This document shows positions 63,841 to 64,000 of a stretch of 64,000 bases of DNA, piece by piece. This DNA comes from Epiperipatus broadwayi (Eukaryota; Animalia; Onychophora). The position numbers were made by a program, and so were the translations under genes. The stretch covers positions 19,716,001 through 19,780,000 of the forward strand of contig JAQFVV010000004.1 in assembly GCA_028023455.1 (NCBI GenBank), in the 5' to 3' direction. The notes under the pieces were generated by a model. The model ran no database searches. It saw only the letters and a list, made by a program, of their open reading frames with translations, and had not been told where the DNA came from. Position 1 is the stretch's first letter, and every line of letters begins with the position of its first letter.

Positions 63841-64000
63841 TTTTCTAACAAAAATTTTCTTTGTATTATTTAATAAATTATTCAAAGTAATACTCCTTTT
63901 CCAAGAATTTTTTTATTTTCAAATAAATTACTATTTTTATATACAATTTTTCAAGAAGACAATTTAAATGGCAAAGAAATAAAATCATATTTTCCTTTAT

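Overview
Very AT-rich eukaryotic (probably invertebrate animal) intergenic or intronic DNA, built mostly of nested transposable elements. No host protein-coding gene could be identified with confidence. LINEs: a near-intact 5.8-kb L1/Tx1-type element (14667-20495, -) inserted in the (ACT)n tail of a decayed CR1-type LINE with a PHD-finger ORF1 (about 10700-14504, +); a 5'-truncated relative with an 11-bp TSD (60204-62435, +); several RTE and CR1 relics; and two Penelope (GIY-YIG) relics. Two copies of a tRNA-Gly-derived SINE are present. The most striking pattern is about a dozen fold-back mini-elements from at least six sequence families. The best-preserved copies share one architecture: two inverted copies of a Penelope-type terminal repeat, a 33-45-nt unpaired tail on one side, and a 12-15-bp TSD. 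Most carry minimal type-I hammerhead ribozyme motifs with a self-complementary helix III. Several have a non-canonical but compensatory U3-A8 core (TTGANAA instead of CTGANGA) and an unpaired or mismatched base at the foot of helix II. All alignments, translations and folds were done by eye; boundaries of old relics are approximate.
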